This document shows, piece by piece, positions 12,575-25,974 of a DNA stretch of 64,000 bases (within the stretch, counting starts at the first letter, position 1; each line of letters begins with the position of its first letter). The stretch is taken from positions 1-64,000 of the forward strand of contig CM022674.1 of assembly GCA_012295275.1 (NCBI GenBank). The letters run 5' to 3'. The notes under the pieces are model-generated. The model saw nothing but the letters and a program-made list of their open reading frames with translations. It did no database searches and was not told the DNA's origin. Source of the stretch: Chrysomallon squamiferum. Its lineage: Eukaryota; Animalia; Mollusca. Position numbers and translations under genes: made by a program.

Positions 12575-13629
12575 TATTATTATTATTATTATAAAATTAA
12601 CAAGAAAATAAATACCAAAAGAAAACCAAAAAGAGAAATGAAACAGCAGAAAAAACAGTATACATACACGTGACAGCAGAAGCCATTAAACTATAGCATA
12701 TAAATTTAAATTTGTGACAAATTGAGACAAAATAAAAATAATAATAAAATACAGTAGAATACAATAATTAAATTAAAAGAAAAATAAACTATGAAAAAGA
12801 TGTGAAAAAAATAATAATAAATAAATAAATAAAAATAATAATAAAAAAAGAACCTATTAAGAAAAAAAAAAAACACCCTTCTCCCCCCACAAAAAAACTA
12901 AATGTAATACAACTGTATCATCACGCACTGGGACATTTTCCAACTACCTGTGACAAACAAACTTTAGCAACATTAAAAAACTACACTACTTTCATAAAGT
13001 ATTCTCTCCTTGCTGGAGATTCCAGTATAATCATGAAAGAAAGGATGATATATCCCATCCAGTGGCATTAGCAAATGTGTGTAATCCAGTGTCAATGAGA
13101 TATGTACTATAGTCATTATCACATTTATCTGTCACTATATCAAAACATTTCAAATTTACATTTTGCCAATCCTTATATATTTGTATCGTGTCACTCAATT
13201 CAAGACATCTGTCCAGTGCTCTGTCACTGAAATGGTCAATCATGTCATCATATGTTCCAAGCCTAGACAATATAAAAAATATATTTTAATGAAATTTCAA
13301 CATAATAATGTTTCCAAAATAAAATGTTTTATTTTATTTCCATTACAGTTGTTACTGGCTATATGATAAATTTAAGATCTACTAACATGGTAAAATAAAA
13401 TCTGACAATACCACTCCATAGACTACTATAACAATTATTTTCTGTGAGTATTTGTTTCACATTAACCTGACAAATATCTCTAATACTAATAATAACAATC
13501 CTATTCAAGTCATTAGTAACCCTAAGATTATTGAATAAAATACTGTACTAACAGTATGTGAGAAAAAACATATGAAAGGAGAAAACTAAACAGATTTATA
13601 ATTATGAATATTTTACAACAACTGTACTC

Positions 13630-14190
13630 ACTAAGAAATTTTAAAGTGAAGAATCTGGTGTCTATCTTGTGAGTAGTCATTATCCAGAATCTGAGGTGAA
13701 CATCTGTTTACTTCTCTTGTATGTTTTTATTTAAACTCTCATCAAAGATACAACAAATAGCATAGTAACATTTTCTTGTAGTTTCCTTTTGAAATGTTCA
13801 ACCAAACCAAACACTCACCCAGATGTACTTCTTTTCTCTTATCTCATATAAACAGTTTTTCTGTCAGGATTAAATAGATTATCAGTTTCAGTGTCCACAG
13901 AATTTCTACTTTTAAAACTTTGTCATTAATAGTCAGACTCACAACTGAAGTATTTGTTAATAAGACAACGGGAAAGTCAGTTCTGTCAAAGATGATCCAA
14001 TCCTTCCAAATATGTCAAAAAACAAAGTATTTGTTACAGCTTTTGGTCAGCAAATTGTTGTTGGTGATTCAAACTTAGCAAATAAAAATACACCATACTT
14101 CCACCCCAAACACTGTCACACATTCACATGAGATTGCTTTCTGTTTGTCAGATTTATATGGCATTAACCATTCAGAGTAAAGTGGGTTAG
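13630..14190 (-). mobile_element. Degenerate hAT-like DDE transposase fragment
   Basis: Minus strand reads YSEWLMP.., VLKVEILWTLK, FGLVEHFKRKL, FDESLNKNIQEK*TDVHLRFW, DTRFFTLKFL. This fits the first catalytic Asp region of invertebrate hAT-related transposases. Confidence 0.6.
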
Positions 14191-15275
14191 TTTGTCATTC
14201 TTATCATTATATGACTAATTATTCATGTCAGTTTCCCACTTCCATTACACACAGACTTGCGACTCATTTTTACAACTCAACAATCACCAACATGTGCAGT
14301 TACAGAATCTCACCTCTTCCAGTGTTGTGTAATAATCCAAGATGTGTTGAAAAATGTATGGTAACTCAGAGTTGCAAACTGTCAATAATTTTATTCAAAA
14401 ATTATCAAACTAAACAATACTGACAATCCCAGTTTTTATCAGTATTAAGAATTTAATTGCAAGAATCTAAAAAACAGTTATACATGTTCATACACAGCTA
14501 ACTTACCCTAGTCTAATATGGATCATTAGAACAACCCTATCTACTCTTTCTGTTCTCACAGGGTAGCCTTGAGCAAGGCAACAACAACAGATCTGCAGTA
14601 TTTTAAGTGTTGGAACAAAATAACCTGTGTGTGACTTTTCTTCCTGCATGAATCTTGTGTCAGTTGGCTGAAACATAAATAATACTGGATAAATGACAAT
14701 TCAAAAGTGAAAATATATAGTTCCATTTGAATAACAGAACTATTTTTTAAATAAACAATACATTATGTTAGTAGTCTGAGTCTGCTGAAAAGAAGATTGT
14801 GCCAATTTTTCATCAAGATTCTGACAAGACAATCCATTATCATGTACACACTGTTCCAGTGTGTCTGATTCACCTGATGAAAGCCATCACACAATAGTAT
14901 ACCACAGCTCTGCAGCCAAAACAAAAACTTGTCACACAGTGACTGGCTGTTGGCAAATGCAAACAATTTCTGCAATAGCAGACACAAACAAACAAAATGT
15001 CACAAACTAAAGGGAAAAACAAACAATATAATAGATAAGATGGACAAAATCACTACCATCAACAAAAAATAGCATTAACACAAAACACCACATACTATCA
15101 ACAATAAACGTATCCCATACAATAAACAAGATATCACCATGCTAAGAATACCCACTGCAAAGTCTGTGTCAGTGTCAAAATATGAAACACTATACATAAC
15201 AATAAGCAAAATATTGACATAGTTTATATCTATGTTCCACCTATTCTAACCAAAACTTACAATTTAAACCAAATT

Positions 15276-16285
15276 CAGGCATCAAAATAATATTGTCCCT
15301 GGTAACCCATTTAGAGGTTACCACAAAACAGGACCTGGTAACCTATAAGTTACCACAAATTTATCTAGTTTATGATTCCCATTATTATTGTTGTGAAATC
15401 CCTTACATACATGCATGGTCAACAGTATAATGTATTTGTTATTTATCCATATCACTGTTCTCATTGTATTAATAATTTGTTTATAGGTATAGTGTACTGT
15501 ATTTAATAACTAAACAATACAAGTAAAAGAAATCATGACAATTTGTGTTATTTTTATTGTTTTACTCTACTCATCAAACAATACTGATATCAGAATCTGA
15601 ATGATGAACTTGTTTTAGTTAGCACTGTGAGTTGTCACTGTAACCAGTGTTTGAAGTAACAACTGTTTCACTTCGAGCATCATCCAAGTCCTCTGCTCTG
15701 ATGTTGTAGTAGCAAGAACGTCCTCTACACACATTAGTTCATTGCAGGTTATTTTTATCACATCTGAAGAGTGCAAAGATAAGTATGAGGCTTGTGAGTC
15801 TGATAATGAGTTTACAATCAGGTTGTCTATTGTACAAGATGCTTTGTTTTTTATCATCTGCATACAGGGAAACAGCTTTGTCTGTACGTTTTTGTTCATA
15901 TGAAGGGTCACAGCTTATAAGTGCAGGCAGTCAACTCTAATCTCCAGCAAATCATCCAGTGTAGAATTGGACATGTTCAACCTGGTATTTGTCAACTGCT
16001 GATTGAGAGCGCTTATGCCCCTCTCAACTGCGAAGATGATTTCAATGATAAGAATAATGTGTGGATATTCAGAGTGATGATGTTTGAATATTTGACACTA
16101 CATGCCTTGTTTACTTTGGAAGTGAATGAATTTGTTTGCCACAAGTTTCTTTAAACCCCTCCATTCAGTAAGCCATATCTAGGACAAAGTTGTGGTAAGC
16201 TAGGCTTTCGGCAAAATGTTTAGATAACAGTTTAATTTGTTCCAAGCCATATTTTGCATCAGATATAATCTCACTGAGTGTGGTC
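15276..16285 (-). mobile_element. hAT transposon right end with a ZNF862-like transposase C-terminal dimerization-domain relic
   Basis: Minus strand reads YGLEQIKLLSKHFAESL..TEWRGLKKLV..EYPHIILIIEIIFA.VERGISALNQQLTNTRLNMSNSTLDDLLEIRV (hATC ERGFS motif). A putative terminus CAGGCATCAAAATAA lies at 15276, followed by subterminal GGTAACC/GTTACCACAAA repeats (15300-15360). Confidence 0.8.
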
Positions 16286-19200
16286 ACCTATTTTCACTGC
16301 CTTCGTTTTTTACATCCAAATGGAATTTCACAAAAACACACTGAGAAGGATTTTACAAAGCATGCAAAAATATTAAAATCAAAAACCATAACAATTTTGA
16401 CTTATTGCACTTCATTTTAGACTCAGTTGCCATAAAATACAAACCTAAAATCAAAGAACAAAATATCCAGTCAGTGGTGGACTGAGTACATCAGAAGGAA
16501 ATGCAGAGGAATAAATAAATACAGAAGACAATATGAAAAAGATAAAAATTATTCCAAGCTTGAAAAATACAAAGTAACCAAAAATGAAGTATGAAACATA
16601 AATTCTTACTGCAAAACAAGAACACTGAGAAGATTTTTACAAATAACAAAATACAAAACATTATTCAAAGACATAGTAATCAAAGTTAATAACACACTGG
16701 TCAGAAATATAATTTTCATTTCAATATATAAGTGAATTAAAATATGCTCCTAAAGACAAAATAAGAACAATTGAAAATAATCTACACAATAATTAACACC
16801 TGCCACAAGAAATATTAATTATACTTGATGTCTTTAATATACTATGGTCAACAAATTGGAAACATGCAGAATATTTTAGTCTACCTAAACCTGTATGACA
16901 AAATTAAAGACTGAAAATATAAGAACACATTTGTTTACCCTGTTTATCAGCTTCAGATTGATTCTCTGTATCAGTGAGTAGAAACTCCTGAACACTGAAA
17001 GTCTTCAAAGATATGGACAAGTTTCATGTTGCTTAGTAAAATGGCAACTTTTTTGGAGACATGGCCAGAATGGGAATGCATTTCTAACTGCATATTAATC
17101 TTATGTAAGTTTCTATCACTGGTTAAAAGATGTTCACAGATACATTTGGCTGAGCATTCATTGACTATGCTGGAAATGAAATAAAGAATCATATGATTTT
17201 TATATCCTAATATTTATAGTAATGGAAGTTTATTAATGATATATTGTAGTTGTACCATATTTTAATGCAATTGATTACACTTTAATTTGAATTCATTTAA
17301 CAGATTGTATGTTCTCTGTTAAAAATTGTCAGTCAAAAAAAACAACCCAGTAAAGACATATAATTAATTCACTTCCAATAAAAAACTAAAAATATAACAT
17401 TTTAACTGAGTAATTGTTATTAATTGTATACAATTACAGGAAACTTATTAAAAAAATAAAAAGTAATTATCAGGCCAAAATTAAGTATATACTGAATGGT
17501 TTATTAGTTTTTCTTTCTTTCATCACTACCACTGAACTGAGGTTATATTAATTTTTAACCACATATGTTTAATTTACACATAGTACAATAATTTAATTTT
17601 TATTTATCTCTGAATCTTTGAATAGAAATATATTCTGTCCAGAAGCCAAATTAACTGAGACATGAAGCTGATATTTGAAAATATTATATAAATGTATTAC
17701 TTTCAATCTCTCTAAGTAATAAGTAATAAATAAATAGGCATTTGTCACATAATTAAAGTACAATTAAATGATTATCTGACTAGTGCTAATTAAATACAAA
17801 ACTGCTAAGTTATTCTCTTGACAATTATTTTTAAAACTACTCTTTAGTGATTCTCTACACTAGTGCTTATTACATTCAAAATTAATGTTAACTGATATTT
17901 TGTTTCTTTTCAAAATCAGTAATCAAATCCAATACTACAACACTAAAATCTCATTGTTCCTTATATAAAGTTGTCATAACTTGTTGAAATAATTACTAAG
18001 AATATGTAAAATAATAAAATATTTAATACCAAAAACCCCCAAAAACCCCATTTATTTCTGGGTAAATTCTTAATCTGCAAAATTAATCAAATGTTTCTTA
18101 CATGGTTTCCTGGATCCTGTAGATCTGTAAAGTACAGTGAGGACAAATGACTGCCAGACACCAACCTGACGCACTGTGACTAAAATTTCTATCAAGATTG
18201 TGTTCAATAAACAAGTCCAACTGACACTTCTCTCTGTGCAGTGGAAAAGGCTGTGAAAATAAAAATAATTAATCACTTATTCATTAAATATCAATATTAA
18301 TATCTAAATTAATATAGTAAAATGTTTAAAATAAAATAGTATTGTATTTTTCTGCTTCAGTAGAATTATATCTCTTTCCATATTTTATTTTTTATTTTTT
18401 AGCTAACACATCAAGTTATATTTTTATAATAAAATTAATTTCAATAAATAAACAACTAATGTGATACGGTGTGATTTAAATATTAAATAAAAGTATTGAT
18501 ACGGAAAAATTGCATAAAATGTTTTGGTCTCTATTAATTTTTATTTATTTATTTATTTATTTAATTTTATTATTTGTCTTTATGTTAAATAAAGAAAGAG
18601 AAAATGGAAGCTTAACAACTTAAATCACTGAGAAAAACACGCTTTCAAAAATAGTAAAGTATTATGTTACTGAAAACAACAATTAGTGAATTTGAAAATA
18701 TTTAATAGGAAACAGAAGTACACAAATTTATAATTTAAAAAAAAAAGAAAGAAAGAAGAAGAAGTAGATGAAAGCGATAACTAATAATAAAAAGAAAAGA
18801 AAAAGAAGGTATTTACTTGAACAAATTAAATTCGAAAGCTTTTGCCAACAAAATAATTAATGGCTGCCTATACAGTCGTCTGCTATCACTGATCGACGAG
18901 TGATGACAACTTGACCTTTAACCCCACATATTTGTGACGTGTCTTCACCTTTAATTCATTAAGTAACTGTGAACAGCACGTTTATTTTAACGTTTATTTT
19001 AACAAATATATTCAAAATAATAATAATTATAATTATAATAATAATTTAAAATAAATAAATAAATAAGGTAAAATATAAATTATTAAAAAAAACTTCTACT
19101 ACTATTGTTGTTACTTTTTCTTCCTATCATTATTGCTTTTTCTCGTTATTGTTGTTATTAATGTTGCTGTTGCTGTTGTTACTATTGTTGTTTTGTTAAA

Positions 19201-19622
19201 ACATTTCCACCGTAGAATTATGATTTTTATTCTGGATTTTTCAAATAAAAAATAATAATTAAAAAAATGTAACATCACTGCTTAATATTAAATGTTCGAA
19301 AATTAATATTTAACTTTAAAAGAGAAATTAAAAAATTAAAATTATTTCCTACCAACAGCACAGAAGTTTATACTAACTTCAGATGATGAGACATTATTTT
19401 GTTAAAACACAATAGTCCATGTATTGATAGTTTGAGATGTCTTGAAGTAATGCAGAATGTCATAATGAAAAAAGTTCATATATATATAATATTCTGATCA
19501 CATTAATTACTGAGGATGAATGTTTGATAAATAAAAATTATTAAGATCCAAGGTGCAAAGATCTTTAAACAAATATTCTTCGTTATTTATTTATTTAGTA
19601 AGTTTTAATTATTATTATTATT

Positions 19623-19669
<47 letters not shown>

Positions 19670-20868
19670 AATATTATTAAATAGTCTCATATTATTTCTA
19701 TAGAAAATAAAATATGAAAATCATTAATTAAAAATTAAATCCACAAAAGACCATTAAAAGGAAACTATTGTTCAAGATAGATAGATAGATAGATAGAGAA
19801 AATAAAATAAAAATTTCGATAACACTAAATCAGTAATATCAAGTAACAGCTGCTGATTAATCAGGACAGAAAAGCGGTTAAACTACAACTTGCTGAATTT
19901 ATTTATAAAAAAAATGTCAAAACACTTAACCTCCATTTTCGGTTATAAAATGGTTTCTTACATGTGAATACAGCCATTTTAATTCTTCTTGACATCATAT
20001 GTTACGAAAATGGCCGAACTAATTTTAATAAAATACCGAGTCTTGTAAAGTTTAGTTATGTTATGCAGAGATCAAAAGACAAATTCTGACAAAAAAAAGT
20101 CTTGTACTCAATTTTATAATATACTATAAAACAATAATTAAATACATTATTTTAGGTGATAAATAAATCGGACAATTAACTTCGGCAATTTCCGTAACCG
20201 TAATGACGGCAGTGTAAGTCGATTATTTTCTTCTAATAAATTCGTTTCTAGACTTGGTAATGATCATTCATTATATCATGTATTGTAAGAAATATTTTCT
20301 GTCATTGTTATTATTGTTATTATATTAAATACATGTAGCTAACGAGCTGTATTAAACTGAGAAGAAACACAACAACTGTTTACATTATAATAGCTACTTT
20401 TAATAATGCCATTTCATTTGTATTACTGCTGGTGTTAAAATGACAACCCAACAATAATAACAACAACAACGACTACAACAAATTACTACATATTAATAAG
20501 AAGAAGAAGAAGAAGAATTTCGTAACAACAACTGATATTTGCATTACTGCTGGAGTTAAGTGATAGCGAAATTTTTATTATTAATAACATCAATAACATT
20601 AGTAGTAGTAGCATTATTGTAGTAGTGGTAGTAGTAATAGCTTTTGTTGTAGTAGTACTAATAGCAGTATTTTTGGTAACACCGCAGATATCAGCAATTA
20701 AGTTCAAGTGTTATTATTTTGTTAGTAGTAGTAGTAATAATTGTTGATGTTGTTCTAACGTGGATAGTAATAACAATGGTATTATTTTTATTATTATTAT
20801 TAGTAGTAGTAGTAGTAGTAATAGTAGTAGTGATAGTAGTAGTAGTAATAGTAACAGTTGTATCAGTA

Positions 20869-21205
20869 CAGGTACCGGACCAATTATCCGGCGTCCTGAA
20901 ATCCGGAAAGACCAGAAACCGGAAGTGTTTTCCCGATGCTATTTTCATAATTCGTGCGCGGGGTTGTTGTTCTCACCAGACCGGAACTACTCTTTCAAGA
21001 CGCTTGCCGTTCGTTCACTCGCCGCATTGTTTACGTGTCGCGTCACCACTGTTGTATATCGTCAATTTTCTTTATGTTTTTAATTTTAAAATGTTTATGC
21101 CTAATTATTTACGTATTTAGATTCCTTGGTACCAGAAAACCGGAAAATCCAGAAATCCGGAATGGCTCAGTCCCCAAGGTTTCTGAATATTTGGTCCAGT
21201 ATCTG
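20869..21205. mobile_element. Tc1/mariner-pogo-type MITE, 337 bp, TA target-site duplication
   Basis: TA|CAGGTACCGGACCAATTATCCGG ... CTGAATATTTGGTCCAGTATCTG|TA form imperfect terminal inverted repeats. Subterminal AAATCCGGAA/AAACCGGAA repeats occur at both ends. Confidence 0.82.
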
Positions 21206-21239
21206 TACGATTTATTGTCTTCAAATATCACCAGTATAG

Positions 21240-21525
21240 CTGATGTTACCATCATTATTATCAGCACTACCGTGTCCATGAATACCAACTGTAAGGCTGC
21301 TATTACCATCACGACTACCAGCTCTAGCATGTCTACGAATACCACCGGTGAGGCTACTATTAATATCAGCACTACCAGCACTAACATGTCTGCGAATACC
21401 ACCAAAACCACTGCTATTACTATTACTCCTACAAGCACTACCATTTCAACGAATACCAGTGGTACCACTGCTATTTCCATCACGACTACCATGTCTACCA
21501 ATACCATTGGTGAGGCTACTATTAG
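21240..21525 (+). repeat. Diverged 57-bp tandem repeat (~5 units), open on the + strand as a Thr/Ser-rich 19-aa repeat
   Basis: Units read AITITTTSSSMSTNTTGEA / TINISTTSTNMSANTTKTT / AITITPTSTTISTNTSGTT / AISITTT---MSTNTIGEA. Confidence 0.75.
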
Positions 21526-24081
21526 CCGTAAGCTGTGCCTATTGCACCAGATGTTTCGATGCAATTCGATGCAGAAAATATCTGGAAGGAATTTTTTTTT
21601 ATCTTTTTCCAAGATATATCAACCGCAGCATGGTGTGTCAAACTTTGAAATGTACTGTGACTGTCAATTTTAATTTTTATTCTTTTGTGTATATTTGTGA
21701 TATCTTACTAGTTTTTGGTCGTTTCAAATCTGCTTTTCTCTCTAGATTTACAAACATCTCATCTGATATCTTTAACTATGGTGCTTTCAGAACAGAACCG
21801 TACACTGCATTTGAACTGTGGCTGCATGGTGTTGCCTTTGTGTTGCCTGGTGTCATCACCAGTGAACGCCTTATATAATGCTGGTTGTACAGATACATCA
21901 TTATAGACTGTAGGTATTTTCTGTACTGTTTTGCATCACTATTCCAAAGCAACTGGTCTTTCATGTCGTTAGTATATTGAATTGAGATTGCTGGAATGTT
22001 TTATTTGTAAAGCTTTCTTTTTTATGTCTTGTTATTAATCTGCAGGCTGAAACTATACTGACGTAATGTCACCTTCTCAGGGCAGATATTGACTCTGTAT
22101 GTTCCAGAAAAGGCTGAACATTCCAGGTGAAATTTTCTCTGAAAAATCGTAAATGCTATGCTATGTAAATGTTAATTTTAATGAAATGTCAGTAAACAAA
22201 TAATTATTTATAATTTATTCATAAAGGATACATTAGTTTTGTGAATGAGTATTTTTTTCCATAGTTCATTTGTATAATAATTAATGTGATTCACATATTT
22301 CTAATTATTTTTAGACTGATAAATTCCTGTTATGGGTAAATCATATTTCGTTTCGTGACCATACAATCTTTTCAGTGATATGACTGACAGCTGTATCAGA
22401 AACTTCTATAGCTTTTTCCTTTTCTAGATACACTTTTCAGTTTAGCTTAACTAACACTTTTTTGTACTTAGCTCATTAATAAAAAATATACCTTAATAAT
22501 CTCTCAGTGGTATTCCCAGGTTATAGATAACAATGTAATTTATAATTTATGCTCTAACCTGAATTTTTCCAGAAGGACTCTTCCTTTGCAGATCCCCAAT
22601 AGTAGGTTCACATTAGCTTTCTAAACCACATTATGTCCAGTGATTTGAAACATTTTTTTTTTTATGAATGGTTCACAAAAGACTTTATATTTATTATGTA
22701 CAAAGAAAATTTGCCAGAAATGCTTTTAGTTACAAAGACAGAAAGTCACTGGACACATTTTTATGAACAACAGAGATTAATAATAATAATAATAATAAAA
22801 TACCACTGTCTTCTTTGTATTTATTTATTTATCCACTGATCTTAATTGAAGCATTTTCACACATACTTCTAGATGATCCAGAAAGAAAATCAGCCTAATT
22901 CATTTTAGTATGACAGAAAACTTCTCTTTGTATAACATATAAGTAACTATGTCTTATTTATTCTTTTTTTGTTTCTTTTTTTCTTTTTCTTTTTTCTTTT
23001 TCTTTTTTCTCATTTTTTTTTTTAGAAGGTTTAGCTAGAAAAAAATAATATAAATTGTGTGTTCCGTATTTAAAGATGACTCCAGAAGGCTACAAAACTG
23101 CCTATCTAAAATGTCCATCAGTTGATTTTGAACACTTCAGATACTGAACTAATAAAAACTGCACATTGTATCTGTTCATCAGTTTAATAACCAAATTTGG
23201 TCTCACTCACTTCTACTACTACTACTACTATTACCACCACCATTTTGACTACTAGTATACTACAACTGCTGGTATTACTTCTACTACTACTACTACTAAT
23301 AATAATGATCATAACAACAACAACAACAATAATAATAGTAATAATGTTACTACTCACACTTGGAGAATTACTACAGAAACAATTGCTAGAATATAATATA
23401 AAATAGAATTTTTACTCCAAGCATATCTACCCTATTTGTTGTCATTGCTAACCTAATCCTAAGATATGTCTATGCTCTTCTTTGTCTTTGCTCTAACTCT
23501 AACCCTAGACATATGCCTAACCCCTGTTCTTTATCCTTGCTCAGATTCTAATGCTAGACATATAAATATACCTCTCTTTTGTCTTAACTCTAGCATGTTT
23601 CCAGGAACTGCAATAGCATGACAATCTTTTAGAGACAATGCTGTGAAGCAACATTGGAAATAACCTTTGAAGTCTAAAAGCTATTTAATGTAAGCCATTT
23701 AATTGTAGATACTTTCTAGAGCAAGGATAAAATATTTTGTTACAATTTCAAGTTGTCTTGTTATCATTGCATTCTCAGATATATAAATATATATATATAT
23801 ATATAAGTTTGTGTATATGCTTTTCTTTCAGAGACAACTTTTACAGATTAAAGGAACCATGTGTTAAGCAAGGCAAATTTGCCTGATACAGAATTCTATT
23901 GTCATCATAGCCTTCTTTACCTTTTCAAGGAACATTTATGTCAGGTTTAGTTTATGTCTGAATAGTGCTAAGATATTTGACAAAGAAAGGTTATGATATC
24001 ATATATGTGATCCATTTTATTAAAAGTCCAGTAGTCACTTTGTGATAATCTCTAATAACAGAGATAGTCTGGTCATGGGAA

Positions 24082-24351
24082 CAGTGGTGTGAAGAGATGA
24101 GGGCCGAAGGGCAGTGAACCCAGGCATCAAAATTGCAGGGGGGCATCCAATCAGAGAAAAGAACTAAATAAATTTGGTTGATTTACAGTTAAATCGAATA
24201 AAGTGTTTATTTTATCGTTCATCTGTGTTTACGTATTCAAAATATCTTCCTTTCTCATAATATATCTCAGTGCTAGGCCTTATACTTGAGTCTTTGGGGC
24301 ATACAATCAAGGTGTTGGTCCCAGGCATCACGATACCTCTGCACACCACTG
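24082..24351. mobile_element. MITE (hAT-like CAGTGG termini), 270 bp
   Basis: CAGTGGTGTGAAGAG ... CTCTGCACACCACTG form 15-bp TIRs with 1 mismatch. CCCAGGCATCA lies near both ends. No clear 8-bp TSD. Confidence 0.72.
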
Positions 24352-25974
24352 GAAACAGTGCTGGTTTGACATCTGAGTTGTGTTTTAAACACTGAACCTT
24401 GCCTTATTGCCCATGTGTGTAGGACTTATAGTATCTTCATCTCTCAGTATTGCCAATACATTCCAGTTAGTTTTGGTGTTACTCTGTTTCACAAAATCCT
24501 CAGTAACCAACAGCATTATGACACCAGTGCTCAGTATTAAGAACAATACTACCAAGTGATTCATAGCATTGTACAGCAACAGGACATAGATCCTTGGTGA
24601 TCACCATTTACAGCTATATACAAAAATGTAAATATTGTAAATGTGCTTCATATGTCAGTGATTCTTGCTAAATATCAACAGTATGTTCACAGATCATTTA
24701 CAATCTGTCTACATGTCCTGCACTGACCCACTGAATTTAATCCTATTTCAGAATTTTACCTAATATTTGTGAATTAAATACAATATATTTAAAAAACAGA
24801 ATGCAGTTTCATAATTATATAAATTTATTAAAAGATCATTCCTATTTGTTCAAATACACACACATACACAGACATATATATATATATATATATAATATGC
24901 AAAGCTCATACGTCACATCAGCTGTCAAAGCTGCCTAATATCTAAAATATAATGCTATTACAATAGGCATAACAAAAACAACGAACAAAACAAATTTAAG
25001 AAAATTCAGTTTTGTCCTCAGTAGAGTGTTCATTTGCTCATCTATGTCACCAATATATTATCAATTAACAGTCATTTAATTGTGAAATTCATGAATATGT
25101 ATAATAAAGTTGCATTAAAATGCTAAAAGCCAAATGACATAAACAATCAAATCTGATGTGACGTTTACATTATGCTATAAAGTCACATAATATTATGAAA
25201 TGAATTATTAAATTTTATGACTGTAATTATTAAATGTCCATTAAGTCTTTATAGTGTTAAATCAACAGTAAAATAAATTTTACAGAATCCTATAAAATTT
25301 GGAATTTAGGAACTTAATTGTTAAAGGTAAAAAATGTTTATTTGTGTAATTGAGTTGACTGAATGTTAACTCCTAGAATTAATTATGACAATTTACCCAG
25401 AGCTGTAGAGTCTTTCATAAATTCAGGAAAATAAATATCAAATAAAATCACTTAAATGTTAAGTCAAATATTAAGTTTACAAATGTAACTGCCAAAGTTA
25501 AGTTAAGACTACTTAGCAGGTTGTCAAATCTAGATTGCATAGACATAATGAATCAAATTTAACTTTATCAAAATTTACAGATACCTGTAAAATGAATCTA
25601 AAATGAAGGAAAACTGTCATATGTCAAATTAAGAATAGTCATGTTTAGTCAATATTAAGTCAGCTGTTAAATCCAGGTAAACTGTCAAATGTCAAAGTAC
25701 TTTTGTTAGGTCAACAGAGTTTGTATAATTTGTTTAAGTTTCATACACGTCAAATACCATAACATTTGTGAATTCAAGTATTTAGTTCAAGAACATACAG
25801 TAAATTCAAATCTGAACCTTAAGATGTCAAGTCTCAAATGAAGTTCACATTTTGCCACAAAGTCTCAAATGAAGTTCACACTATGCTGTAAAGTAAAATG
25901 TCAAGTTGATAACTTAAGATAGAACACTGTGAAATCACAAATAATGTCCATGAAGATAGAAACACTGCAGAAAT

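Larger units (their letters stand above)
13031..18886 (-). pseudogene. Decayed multi-exon gene, tentatively TOPOVIB-like (TOP6BL) meiotic DSB factor, interrupted by hAT fragments
   Basis: Mostly AG/GT-bounded segments at 18817-18886 (ATA where a start is expected), 18102-18233 (EKCQLDLFIEH..GWCLAVI), 16939-17169 (INMQLEM..LLSNMKLVH/SLKTFSVQ, frameshifted), ~14765-14969, 14507-14667 (stops in the TOP6BL-like frame; another frame is open), 14314-14378 and 13031-13262 (..LHTFANATGWDISSFLS*). A decayed gene is well supported; its identity rests on weak recalled similarity. Confidence 0.4.

Noticed and set aside
20486-21120. Hydrophobic poly-V/L/T ORFs (also 23197-23406)
   Set aside because: They are translations of (AGT)n/(ACT)n triplet microsatellites and the MITE.
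24385-24579. 64-aa minus-strand ORF with a hydrophobic N-terminus
   Set aside because: It has a non-ATG start, no splice context and no recognisable family.
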